Positions 149,880-163,800 of a stretch of 248,000 bases of DNA are shown here, one piece after another. A model generated the notes under the pieces. That model saw only the letters and a program-made list of their open reading frames with translations. It had not been told where the DNA came from and searched no databases. Origin of the DNA: Wallemia ichthyophaga EXF-994 (taxonomy: Eukaryota; Fungi; Basidiomycota); NCBI RefSeq assembly GCF_000400465.1, contig NW_008806284.1, positions 20,001 to 268,000 of the forward strand, written 5' to 3'. The number at the start of each line of letters is the position of its first letter. Position 1 is the first letter of the stretch. A program made the position numbers and the translations under genes.

Positions 149880-152800
149880 ATGGCAAAAAACGCAAAGTCA
149901 TCTGCAACGGCAGGAAGTGAGTGTAGCTGCCGATATTAACACCACTCTAACGTTACAGCGCGTAAAAAGCAGGCCGCTAAGAAAGGCGAGGGCGAGCAGC
150001 AGCCCACGAAACAGCAGCAACAGCAGCAGGGAAAGAAGAAGTACACAAAGAAGCACGGTATCGGTCAGTCTAAGCCACCGCCACCGCCAAAGAGATACAT
150101 TCCTCCCCCAAAGCCGCCACGCCCTGCTCCAGATCCACTCGAGGCTTGGGGACTGGCGAGTGTCCTCCCAGCGGATTTGGTTGTTATTTTAAAAAGATTC
150201 AGTAAGAAGGACGCCACCACTAAAATTAGAGCTGTCGAAGATCTACAAAGCTGGGTCGCTGACGTCGACAACAGAGAAGGCGGCACAGAGAGCTTAGTGG
150301 TGGCGTTGCCAGTTTGGGTGTGTAGTGGTTTCATTGAAAGCACTGAGCTAACCACTCACAGCTTCACCACCTCCCTTCAATGCTCCTCGCTTCGAATAGA
150401 AGACTGAGGCAGGTTGCCTTGAGCCTCAATTTGGCACTGTCTTCGCCCAACATTAACGACGTTAGATCCAATATGCTCTACACTATTAGCGAATCTAGCT
150501 ACGAGTCCTCGTTGGGCGCGTGGCTGCTTGCTAATCCACAATCATGGCTCAGCAATACCACATTCGAGGAGGTCCCAGAAGGAGACGACCGCATTCAGCT
150601 TCTCGAGGAATATCAACTTGAACCTCTCATTAATTACATCAGCGCAGCTATTCGCTCTCCGTACCTCCTCCTGCCGACTGCTGGTACACCTGGTACACCA
150701 CTCACAGAAGCTAAAAAGGATATAATGGCTGAGCAGGAAGAGAATTACAAGTCTAAAGACGCTCGTATCAAATCAGCTGGTTTGAATGCCTTGGGTTATC
150801 TCATTACGACCATTCCTCAAGGCTTCGACGTGCAAGGACTGCTTAGGGACCTGATTGACTCAGGTGCAATTGCCGAGTGTTTCAATGCTCCCGAGGGTGA
150901 AGAGATTGTCAGGAGGTCTGTTTGGAGTCTTCTTCTACCGCTCTTGAAAAGAGACGAAGGTAAGCTAATCGAAAGCAACCTCCATTCGTTCGCTCCAGTC
151001 ATTATCAACAACGCTTTCAACGAGAATGACTCCACTGTCACATCTGTCATGTTTGATGGTCTGCTAACGTTCCTCCATCGCTTCCCGTCTGCATGGACTA
151101 TCGCAATCGATGAGGAGCAAGATGATAACCAAGATGGGGAGAGGATACCAAAATGTCTTAGCAGTCTGCTCACCTTTTTAGAGCTCGGCTGTAGAGCAAG
151201 TCCACCTCAGGTAGCCTACTCAAGCTTGCTGGTTATTCTCATGACTATGCCAAAGGAATACCTCACTCAATCAACACTATCAAGACTGTTGGTAGCCTTC
151301 TTAGCACCTCTTTACTCAAACATATTCCCTTCACCGCCTGTCCTTCAAGCTAGACATGCTGAGGCTCTTTTGAAGTCAATTACGGAATGTTTGGTGGCGA
151401 TTGTTGCAAATGTAGTTGAGTCAAGAGATACTGGCCTTGAAGTCGCAACAGAGTGGATCAAAGCTATTTGGGAGGCGTTTGTCACTTCACCAACACGTGA
151501 TGCTAAGCTGCTCAAGGCTAACGTTGTCGGTCCTACTCTCCAAAATGCATTTAAAAAACTCCACACAGTTCAGGAGCAGAATCTCGATAGTGCTGTAGAT
151601 ACAGTCGAGGAAATTACATTGGATTCTGAAGACGTCTCAAGAAGCACTGAAGTATTGTGTGAAATGGTGAAATCAGCCGATGGCGCGATTGAAAATAGAT
151701 TTGCAGGTCTTCTAGAGAAATTAGTAAATAATTCGCTCAATGAACAAGCCGAAGCCAATCTCGATGTCATTGTGATTGCTTTGAGAGGCATCGAGTGTAT
151801 CAGCATCATTGAGGGGGTCTTGCAACAGCTCGACGACTTTATCACGGTGACCTTGCCAACTCTTGTCGCTGGCCAGAGCTCATCAGAAGCAACTGACCTG
151901 CTACTTGCCTATATCGCCAAACGCGACAATGGTAATATGATTCAGCAGGCTTGGAAAGGCGTACTTAGTGCTGAACCATCACTCGATGTCGTCGCTAAGC
152001 TTCTAGATGCAAACGCCAATGGTGACCTGGATGGGAAACAACTCGAGGGCGCCAGCACAATGGCTGGAATTGACGAAATGGCCTTGCTCTTGGCCAACAG
152101 GGACATTGAAGGCGATTCAGATCAAGTAGAGAAGCGAGTCATTAACGGTATTCTACAATCAAGTGATAAGTTCATAAGTACAGTAATGCACGGATCCATC
152201 GAGCGTCTCTATATTGATTCTTTCAGAGGCAGTGTTTACTCCAAACTCTATCGCAATTCAAATCACCGTGATGTCAATTTGTCAACTATCAAACATGCAA
152301 GCATCGATGTTCTCGTACAGCTTGCCAAAGAAATATTTATCGAAGCTTACATTGTCAATGAGGACGCAACGGCTAGAGACCTTTGGAGCAGAGTTTATAA
152401 TGTGGAGAAAGTTTTCTCAGCTGTCAAAGATTTCGTTTTTGGCTTGATATCAGATGTGAATGTTTTGGCGGAGTAAGTGGCGGTTATACAATGCTGTTCA
152501 CTTTACTGACCTCCCCCCACAGACCCAAGACGATATTTAATGCATTTTATCAACATTTGATAAAGTATGAGTCTAATGATGAGCACGTGGCTCAACAATT
152601 CATCAATTCCCTTAGCGCTCAATATGATCTTCAACTGGACCTTCCATTGCCCTCTGCCTTGGCCGTTCTTGACGAGCTCGTCCCTCACACCTCCGAGTAC
152701 GATGACACCGCACCAAACCACACCGAGTACGACGAAAGGGGTCACTCAAGTCTCATTAGGAATATCGAAGGGCTTCTCAGCTACTTTACGGCTGATATGT

Positions 152801-155031
152801 CAATTGCTGTGAACAACGCAAGTGCACTCATCAACTTTTTCGGCGCATTGAGACTCGTTGAGGATGAGATGAGCATTAGAGGATGCACTAGTGCTTTCTC
152901 TAAAGAGAGCGATATGGAATCATTGGCAACTATACACGATTCTCTGAGGACGAGCGTTGCTTACACACTCTACAAAATTAGTTCCAGTGTCGATCAAAGT
153001 GCACTGATAAGGGTAATTAGGAGTGGCGGAGAGGCAAATGATTCACTTTCAGTGGCTCTCAAAACACTTTATTACGATGGAAGAGTGAACAGCCTGAGAC
153101 TCTTCCGCGACATGCTTCATGGCGTGCTCCAACGTGTTGAGGACGTCGATGGCGACAGGTGGTTGGGTATGACTGGTGAGGAGTATACAAAGGCCAATGG
153201 AGAGCACAGGGCAAAAGCTCTGCTGTTATCTGTCAAATCTTACACCCTGTCTTCACCACGTCTGGCAAGACTGCAGAATGAGATAGCATCCAAACTTACC
153301 AGCATCTCGGCAGCTGATGCCTCAGAACAAGGTTTACCATTGTTGAGATTGCTGATCAGTGCTGCGCCACCATTGGACGCTGAAGAAGGTCTGCTTCCTC
153401 AACAAAGAGCGCTCTATCTGCTTAAGTGCTTGCGCGAGTGGGTAATGAGTGATGAAGATCTAGATGAGGAACTTGACGGCAGATTGTCTGAGTTGTTTAT
153501 TCATCTTGTTCCGGTTATACAAGGAGTCGACGGTTCACACTGGGATTTGATATTCGACTTGGTGGAGGCTAACATTGAGATCGCATCGTTGGACGAGGGC
153601 GTACTACTCTATAACTCGCTTAGACTGTTTGAACAGCTTATGACTCTATCAAAGACCAACTCGGCACTCAGCAACATCTGGAAAGATAGGCGTGCAATTG
153701 CATTTGAGCACCTCCGCACTCTGTTCTTGAGCTTAGGCGACGACAACGGCGTTACATCGACTAGGCCGCGCAATGTATGCGAAGATCTCGTTCTTAAATT
153801 GGTCCAAGCTGTTCCTAAGGATCTTATCTCTGAGGAGAGTTTCGATCCGATGGTCAAGATGCTCAACAGCTACTCTACAGAAGTCCGCAAAGTGGCACAT
153901 AGGTTGTTATACAGACTTATCAAGACTCAAGTTGAGAAAGCAGCAGTGGATAGTGCAGTGGATAGTAGCTACGAAGTTAAACTACCGGAAGTACTAACGG
154001 AGAAAATAAGCGAGAGAATAACTTACTCGATAGACGATGTGGTAAAGAATGAGAATGTCAGAAAGCACGTCTTCTACTTATTGCTGGTGTGGGATGTTAC
154101 ATTCTGTCACTTCAATCACGCTTCTGATGCTATGCGCGCTAAATATAACGAGCAATTCCGTCAAAGTGGTGTCATCGGAAGCGCATTTTTGCCGCTTATT
154201 TTCACTGTGATGGGACTATTTGATAAGAACAAAACGATCGATTTATCCGGATACCTGATTGATGAGTTTTACGTACAGTACTACGAAAGCGACGAATACA
154301 CGCCAACTGCTGTACTCGCCGCTTTTGTTTTTTATAAATCATTGAAGTATAGCTCTGGCCATGTTAGGGCGTGGTGGACATCTAACCAGAACAGACAACT
154401 GTCTATGGTAGTTAATGGGGTGACGTCAAGGTATTTCAGTCCTCAGATCATACACGAAGAGCTTAAGCAACTGCGTAATCCAGTCTCACTGAAGGAGTTA
154501 CAGACCGAGGCGTTTAGTATAAAGGTTGCGCAGAACGCAAGTGAAGTTACAGCCACTTACATTGTCGATGAGCAGCCGATGGAAATGGGAGTAAAGCTAC
154601 CGCAACTATTCCCGCTTGAGCCGGTTGAGATAAGGAATATAAGGAGAGTTGGCGTCAACGAACGACAATGGAGAGCATGGTTGTTGGCCGTACAGCAAGT
154701 GATTGGCTCACAATCTGGACCTTTATTGGAGGCTTTGAGTTTGTTCAAGAGAAACGTCAGCTTACACTTTGATGGTGTGACTGAGTGTGCCATTTGTTAC
154801 TCGTGGGTGGTACTACTTGTTCTCATAGCCCAACTAACACAGCAAAGTATCGTTCAAACTTCTGATCGCTCGCTGCCATCAAAGAAATGCAAAGTTTGCA
154901 GTAACAAATTCCATGGCGCTTGCTTGTACACGTGGTTCCAATCCTCGACTGTGAGTTTCGATGTCCTGTAGATGGCGAAGCTAACCGAAATACAGTCATC
155001 TACATGTCCGTTGTGTCGTCAAATATGGTAA
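149880..155031 (+). CDS. RKR1: RQC E3 ligase Listerin/Rkr1
   Basis: SKKDATTK.RA, HEAT repeats, RWD-like domain, C-terminal RING ECAICYS...C..C.NKFH..CL..WF. Confidence 0.93.
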
Positions 155032-155147
155032 CATTGTAATTGATTTAATAGACTTTATATACATTGATATTGCGTAATACATTCTTGTTGGAAGCACACC
155101 GCCATGATCCCGCGAGGCGCTGGAATAGCGACGAGAGTAAGAAAATA

Positions 155148-157212
155148 ATGTTTGCTAAAGCTTCTGGCTGACAATATTACTAGGGCTGTCTGCGATTACG
155201 GTTACGGCCTTGTGGCAGCGGTTATCAGTCATTGCGGATACAGTTACCGTGGCAACAACTGAGATGGCACGCACATATGTCCAACAGTACACCCAAAATT
155301 GAGGCGAAACAGCCCATCAAAGCACAATCACAGCAAACGGAATCCGTCGAGAAACCAACGAATGATATCACCACGAAGCAGCAGAGACAGATGGACTGGA
155401 ATATAATAAAGTTGCTCATAAAGAATATCTGGCCTAAAGGAGACAACAAGACGAAAGTCCGCGTCAGTTTGGCAGTAGCTCTGCTCATTTCAGGCAAATT
155501 GCTTAATGTGCAAGTGCCATTTTTCTTCAAGAGTATAGTGGATACACTGAATATAGAGCTAGATCCGAGCATGACAGTATGGGCTGTCTGCGGCTCTGCT
155601 ATTGCCGGCTATGGTCTTGCGAGGATTGGATCGACGACATTCAACGAGTTACGTAATGCAGTATTTGCAAATGTAGCACAAAGAGCGATAAGGAGAGTTT
155701 CAGGGAATGTATTTCGTCATCTTCTCAGTCTCGATTTGGGCTTCCACTTGAGCAGACAGACTGGCGGTCTCACTCGTGCCATCGATAGAGGTACAAAGGG
155801 AATTTCATTCTTACTTACATCTATCGTATTTCATATTATACCAACTGCACTCGAAATTTCGATGGTATGTGGAATTTTGTCTTACAAATTTGGACCAAGT
155901 TTCGCTGGTATTACTTTGGCTACTATGCTCGCATATAGTTGGTTCACTATTAGAACAACTTCGTGGCGTATGCGCTTTCGCAAGGAGGCTAATGCGGCTG
156001 ACAATGCTGGTGCAAATGTTGCAATTGACTCGCTGCTCAACTACGAAGCTGTGAAACACTTTAACAATGAAACCCACCAGGCAAAATTGTACGATGGGAC
156101 GTTGAAGAAATACGAGGATGCATCACTTAAAGTTGCAACATCGCTAGCTTATCTTAACAGCGGACAGAATTTCATCTTCTCTACTGCACTGACTGCAATG
156201 ATGGTACTTACTGCACAGAATGTACTCGCTGGAACAATGACGGTTGGAGATTTGGTACTTGTCAACCAACTCGTTTTCCAACTCAGTGTGCCTCTCAATT
156301 TTCTAGGCACAGTCTACCGCGAGTTGAGACAGAGTCTGATAGATATGGAGACACTATTCAATTTACAGTCTGTAGATATAAACGTAAAGTCGAAAGAAAG
156401 TGCGCCTCCTATTCAACTCAAAGGTGGTAACATCAAGTTTGAGAATGTACAGTTTGGATATCACCCAATACGCCCGATATTCAAAGATGTCTCATTTACG
156501 ATCCCAGCTGGGAAAAAGGTAGCAATAGTGGGACCATCAGGTGGAGGAAAGTCAACAGTTTTTAGACTATTGTTTAGGTTCTACGACCCAACATCGGGTA
156601 GAATAACGATAGATGGGCAGCCAATTGAGCAAGTTGATATGGAAAGTCTGAGGAAAGTAATAGGAGTGGTTCCACAGGATACAGCGCTATTCCATGCTGA
156701 CGTAATGCAAAATGTGCGATATGGAAGACTGGATGCTAGTGATGAGCAAGTAAAGGAGGCAGCTCGGAAGGCGCAAATGGGTAAGTTGATAGAGAGTCTA
156801 CCTGAAGGGTGGAGTACGAGTGTTGGGGAGAGAGGAATGATGATTAGTGGAGGAGAAAAGCAGCGACTGGCGATTGCGAGGGTCTTTTTGAAGGATGCGC
156901 CAATATTATTCTTCGATGAGGCAACTTCGTCGTTGGATACAGAGACCGAGAGAGAGTTGCTGAACAATATCAAGGAGGTGCTTGGCAGCAAAGCGCGTAC
157001 GAGTGTGTTTGTGGCACATAGACTTAGAACGGTCTCAGATTCAGGTGAGTGAGTTTGAGTGTCAAGTATGTATCGACTAACACGATACAGATCACATAAT
157101 AGTACTCAGGGACGGATATGTGGATGAGGAAGGAGATCATGATGAGCTGATGAAGCGTGGAGGAACATATTATAAAATGTGGCAGCAGCAGCAGCTTGAG
157201 CAAGCAGTTTGA
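155148..157212 (+). CDS. ATM1: Mitochondrial ABC transporter Atm1
   Basis: [34 protein letters not shown]. Confidence 0.96.
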
Positions 157213-157245
157213 AATGAATAGAGAATGAATGAATATCGATAAGAA

Positions 157246-157664
157246 TTACTCTTCTGACTCGTCTGAAACTTGTGAGCGATGGAAAGTGCCTCTCTGGGTT
157301 GTGGATTCGCCCTTTCTAGCGCCAATCCAGTCCCATTTCTCCTGGTTAGTATATTAGTGTGTAAGAATAACCAAAAACCAATTCAACTAACATCAGTATA
157401 CTTTGCCAATGTGAAAATACCCGCAGGAATAACCAAACCAAAAGCGATAATCTTATTTGAGATAGGTCTAGTCATTTTGAAGTGTTGGTAAGTGTGTTCG
157501 CGCTGTGTTTAATTAGACTGGCTGTCTGCGCCTATTCAACCAAATGCTAACCATATGATTCCATCTCTCTGCAGCTGGATCGAGCTAAAACTAAAGTTAA
157601 TCTAAATTATTTAATTTAATATTCATCTCACTTTAACCGTGTGGAATTCTCCGTGTCCTCCCAT
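157246..157664 (-). CDS. Complex I accessory subunit NDUFB4/B15-like
   Basis: Spliced MGGHG...LDPA..RWNHM...HFKMT...FGLVIPAG...KWDW.G.RKGE. Confidence 0.6.
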
Positions 157665-157728
157665 TTTTGATGTTGGTTGTGTGTGGATGAGAGTTATTCT
157701 GCCATTTGCTCCTTGATCAGCTACACCC

Positions 157729-160022
157729 ATGAGCTACAATGATTATGACAATGATGGCTACTACGACGCCTACGACGATGAATATTCTACACGTTCTCGC
157801 AAGCCAACCAATTACAGCTTAGGCGTCCCCTCCTACAATCCCCGCTACAAAGGATCTAATTACCGCGAAGAGCCAATCAAATTGAGTGCAGAAAATGACC
157901 ACGTCATTATCCTTGGCTTTGAGGATTACTGGACTGAAGATGACGTGCGAAGATGACGCTGTTCCTCACCCCAACACTCACTGACTGTTCCACACAGCTG
158001 AGGCTTGCTATCGAGACCCTTGGTGGTAGCGTTGAAACCACTACAATCATCAAGGAGAAAGGCACTGGTGGGTTGTTATATTTGTTTGTCGAATTCCACT
158101 CACTATCCCACTCCTCACCAGGTATCAGCCGTGGTTTCGGTTTCGCTAAATTCACTTCCACCGCACATGCCTCCGCTTTCGTCAAACCCCGTTTCCCCAG
158201 TTTCCAGTTGCCTGGTTCTGCCCTCACACAGAAGATCGACTTTAGTGCTTCTGCTCAAGCTAACGAACAGCGGCGGACAGGTCACAACAAAAACGACGGT
158301 ACCCGCGATATTGGTAATGTTCCCAGTCGTATCGTACTACTCCGCGGTCTAGACGCCGACAGCACCGAGTTTGATGTCGAGTATGCCCTCAAATGCGCAC
158401 AAGCCAAGCCTAAACGCGTTGCATTGATACGCGATCGCGAGAATGACCTTAGCTTTGGCTTCGCTTTTGCAGAATTCCCAAACGTTGCCGCTGCTCAGGC
158501 ATTTATTGCTAAAACCCTTTCTCCTGATGTCTACCCAATCGGGTTCAGAATACAGGATAAATTGGTAGCATGTACTTTCGCACTCGAGTTGAGTCTTTCA
158601 GGCTTAGAGGCACCTAAAGGTCTCAATGATGGTATTCGCTATTGGGACGGCACCGGGAAGCCGTGGATAATAGATTGCGATGAGGGCTGGCTCGAAGCTG
158701 CGCAGAAAACAAAGAAGAAACAGAGTGAGTGTGAGACGATTGCATTCTGGGCAGCGCGCTGAGTGGTTATTTAGAAGTAGACAACGGTACTAGAGGCGTC
158801 TTGCACGGCTTGGTACCTCAAGGCCCGCCATCTAAAGCAGAGCAGAGCAAGAAACCAAAGGCATTGAGCAAGACTTCGACAGGCCCCATTAAGATTGGAA
158901 TAGGTGGTGGCGCTGCGAGTGCTCTGGCATCTGGTTCGGCTACTCCGGCTGCATCTGCTACGTCTGCTCCGTCTACTGCTGCCCCTCAACACAACCCAGG
159001 CAAGCCGAAACACATCTCTATATTGGGACAGGATGAGTCAGACGATGATGATGTTAGTGGTGTCGATCCGACGTGAGTAGAATAGCGTTGTTTGACTTGT
159101 GACTTGCTCAAACATTCACAGCGCTCCTGACGATAAGTCAAAGAAAACAATTCCGCAACTAGCTACCAATAAGAAAGTAGGTTGAGTCGGATTTTTTGTC
159201 ACAGGAACAAGCTGACAGTTTAAAGACTGCGTCTAAAATCAATCTATGGAATCAAAAGCAGGGGGAGTTGAGAACGACAATGAATGAAAGTGGTGATGAG
159301 ACGAAGGCGACGGGTGAGGTAGGTGTTGTTGGTGTTATTTTGGCAAGCACTGACGTGAGATTAGAATAGAGCAGCAGCAAATGGACCTGAAGCCGACGCA
159401 CCAGCGGTCAATGCAACTCCAGCATCCAAAGACAGCAATGAATTAACAAGCTTTGATTATTCAGATACGTCCAAAATGGCTTGTTTACTCTGTCAGCGTC
159501 AGTTTAAAGCTTTAGATATACTGCGCAAGCACACTGCACAGTCCGATCTGCACAAGGTGGGTTGGGAGCGTGAGGAAACTTGCAAGCAATCTCACACATG
159601 CATCACAGAACAACCTCAAGAATGAGCAAGCGTGCGAAGCGGGCAAGCAGCGTAAATGGACAATCAGCCCCAAGTACACTGACAGGGCAGTGAAGCGTCG
159701 TGAAGTATACGGCCAGCCTGATAACCCAGTTGGAGGGCCAAACAAAAAGAGGAAGAGTGAGGGCGTAGACGTGAGTGCGGCTGGACCAAGTGAAGAAGCA
159801 GTGGATAAGGGAAAGAATCTGCTCGAGAAGATGGGATGGAATCAAGGAGCGGGATTGGGGAATAAGAATGATGGGATAGTCAACCCAGTTGAGAGTCTCA
159901 TCTATGAAGGTAAAGCGGGTCTGGGGGCGAGTAAGGGCAAGGATATTGGATATGCTGGTAGGGGATATCTAGAGAATGCTAGAGTAGCAGCGAAAGAGAG
160001 GTATGAAGATGATAAGTCGTAA
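157729..160022 (+). CDS. RRM / zinc-finger / G-patch RNA-binding protein (RBM5/10-like)
   Basis: SRGFGF, second RRM, ACLLCQRQF, G-patch KGKNLLEKMGW..G.GLG. Confidence 0.85.
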
Positions 160023-160839
160023 GGTATTGATGGATTATTTTGTATTGAAATGCTTGATAATCAAATTTTCATGAGATGATTTATAGAGTTAAATGATGAT
160101 GAAGGAAGGAAAGATGACATTTGAGTAATACTGGCTTACTTTTAGTTATTTAAAAGACATAAATGGTTTCATAAGATGACAATCACGATTGAAACTGCGG
160201 TTGGAGATAAAGGCGAGGTGTTTGAGGCGTGTTTAGGTATACGAATGAAGGGTCAGTAGGGAACACATGTGTGTGATTACAAGTTGAGATATATTCAGTA
160301 TTCGTACAAGAACAAGGGTTTGTAGATGAGATTGATAAGTTAGTTTCTGCGTCGGGTGTTTTAAAGGCTTACGTGTATTTCAGTAATGAATCAGCTGCGA
160401 TACACATACTAGCTTTAGATCAAGGTAAACCAGTTGGTACTGTTAGATTGGTGTTGAAGAATGAAGAGAAATGTAAATTAACAAGGTTGGCTGTGTTAAG
160501 TGAATACAGTTAGTTATATTTCCTGCTGATGAATCCCTTTAAATCTTAAACACTTGAACTTACAGGAAAATTTAAACTTGGTGGAATGTTAATAGAGACA
160601 CTGATAAACAAAGCAAGACAACTCCAATTGAAAGAGATTATCTGCCATTCTCAATTGCCTGTCGTTGGTCTCTATCAGAGGTATGTCACCCCCACTTGAC
160701 TCATATTCCCGATGTCAATCCATCCCAGGTACGGGTTTCAAGTTTTTGGTGGTAAATTTGATGAGGATGGTGCACCACACCTTCCACTAAACTTGCACTT
160801 GTAGATAAATCAAAATTTTCAATTTTATCATCTAAATTT

Positions 160840-163800
160840 ATGCCGCTGCTGACTTACATTCATCAGGAAAATAAAAAAATAATGAGGGGCAAGAAGACGG
160901 TAAAGCAGCCACAGCAGCCACAGCAGAGGCGTAGATCTTCAAGGAGCAGTGTAGTTCAACAGCGCAGGGATTCAATGGATAGCGCCAGTGCTAGTGCGAG
161001 TGGAGCTAGCACATCGACACCAACAAAGCCAGTATCACCGCATTCATCACCTATTATACAGAGAGTATTTAATACGACTTCAATACCTGCTATAGGCGCA
161101 TTACCCATTCAATTCGATCAAGAAGGTGATCCAATTCCTTATACAACAACAGCGAATTCTGCAACTGCAGGCAAATCTACAATCCCAATACCACCATCCC
161201 AGCCATTGGACTTGAATAGAGTTAGATTAGAAGCTCCACATGAGCCTAGTAGAACTAAGCACAGAATGTTCAATTTGCCTCATTGTCCTGTCTTCTATCC
161301 AACTGAACAGGAATGGAATCTTAACCCTTTTGAATACTTGGAATCCTTATCCGATAATCATAAGGCTTATGATTACGGTATTTGTAAGATTGTACCACCA
161401 CCCAACTGGAGACCTGAATTCAGCTTGGATTCCAGTAGATTTAGGTTTAGAAGCAGATCTCAGAAGCTAGACACTGTCACTGCTTCTGCTAGAGTCAAGC
161501 ATAATTACTCAAAGCAATTGTTTCGCTTCCATGACCAGAATGGCTCAAATTTATCACCTAATCCACACGTAGATCATCGCCCAATTGACCTTTATAAGCT
161601 CAAAGTTGATGTTGCTAGTTTGGGTGGTTTCGATATGGTTAGTTGGTTTAATCATCTTGATTCCCACTCATTTCCACTTTCACAGGTTGAAATCTCTAAC
161701 CAATGGTCACTCATCGCTAAAGAACACGGATTAAAAAAAGTCAAACCTTTCGTTCAACCTTTTAGACAAGCTTACATTGATTACATTAAGCCTTACGAGA
161801 CTTTTATCTCAACTTTCAAGGCTAAATCTGACAAGGATCGTCAAGGCGAAATTGATATGAGTTTTGATGACATGGACAACATCAAATATAGGCTCAATGG
161901 CGAAAACAGCTATGATGAAATCAACAAGTCCGAGATCAACAACGGCGGCGATCAAATATTGCAAAATGTCGACCTCGAACAGGGCTCGGCGCTCCCGAAA
162001 AGACTTGTTATGGATCAATCCCCACAAACTCCAATGATTGCGTCTCCTTCACCCAACAAATCAAGCATCAACTCCAAATATCACCCTTGCTCAAATTGTC
162101 AGCGCAAAGACAACGACGTAAAACTCCTCGAGTGCCATGAATGCGAGAAATTTTTCCATCTCAGTTGTCTCATCTACCCACTTAAGATGAAACCTGCAGT
162201 TAGTGAATGGTTCTGCGATGGTTGTCTTTATGGTAGTGGTGAATACGGTTTCGACGAAGGTGAAGACCACTGCCTCGCCAGTTTCCAAGCACGTGATGAA
162301 GAATTCAGAAAGTTTTGGTTCGAGACACACCCACCACTGATGAAGGGCCGTGTCGCACCTAATGGTATTGAGCAGCGCCTTGGCAATCGCATAGTCTCCG
162401 AAGACGACGTTGAGAAAGAGTTCTGGAGGCTCGTTGACTGTCCTGAAGAAACAGTACAGACTGAGTATGGAGCTGATATTCACACTACGGAAACAGGCAG
162501 TGCTTTTCCTACTCTCAAGACCAACCCCACAAGTAAATACGCCACTAGTGGATGGAATCTAGAAAACATGCCAGGATATGAAGGCTCAATTTTGAGTTAC
162601 ATTAAGAGCGATGTTAGTGGAATGACCGTGCCTTGGATTTACGTTGGCATGATGTTTTCTACTTTCTGCTGGCACAATGAGGACCACTATACTTACTCTG
162701 TCAACTACATGCACTGGGGTGAAACCAAGACGTGGTACGGCGTGCCTGGAAAGGATCATGAGGCTTTCGAAGAAGCTATGAGGAATTCTGCACCTGATCT
162801 TTTTAAACAGCAACCAGACCTTCTCCTTCAGTTAGTCACTCTTGGTAACCCCGGTCAACTTAAGGAGGCTGGTGTACCTATGTATGTATGCGACCAACGT
162901 CCAAATGAGTTTGTTATTACGTTCCCGCGAGCTTTCCACTGTGGCTTTAACCATGGGCTGAATTTCAACGAGGCTGTTAATTTCGCACTCCCTGATTGGA
163001 TTCCTGAAGGAAAAGCATGTGTGGAGAAATACAGATCTCTCAAGCGCAATCCCATTTTCTCGCACGATGAGCTGCTCATTACTATACTCAATAAAGGATT
163101 CGAGGACTCGACTTGGATATATCTCAAGGATGCCGTACTTGATATGCTCAACGACGAGGTTGAAAGTAGGAGGCGGTTTGCAACAATTGGAGGGAGTGTG
163201 GAGGCAGTCGAAAGATATGTCAATGAGGATGATTACCAATGCTGCAACTGTCGCGCTTATACGTATCTCTCACAGCTATTCGATAAAGAAACCAAGAAGA
163301 TATATTGTCACAAACATTTTGACACTTTCGTCGAGAATACCCAGCCAGATAATAGACTGATGAGAGTCAGATACAGTGACGAGGAATTGGATAGCTTTGC
163401 AAAGATTGTGACCGATCACAAGCAGCAGAATCCGGAATGGATTAATAGCACTAAAGAGCTATTGGGCAGTGAAATGAAGCATAAACTACAAGACCTCAAG
163501 AATCATCTTAAAGGAGCAGTTGGAGTTCCGCAGCGTTCACCAGAGTACGCTCAATTAAAAAGCCTTATACGTGAAGCTGAATTGTGGATCTTCCAAGCAA
163601 ACAACTTCTGGCTAATGAGACAGAATGAGCCTTTTGATATGAGGGACACATTCGACGGTAACACTAGCAAATTTAACAAGTACGAAACGTTAACAGCTTT
163701 GGTGTACTCGCCACTCAGACAGAGAATCGACGTTGATACGTATTTTCAACATTTATACTCTTTAGAGAAGATCAAAGAGGAGCTTGACTGGGTGATTGAG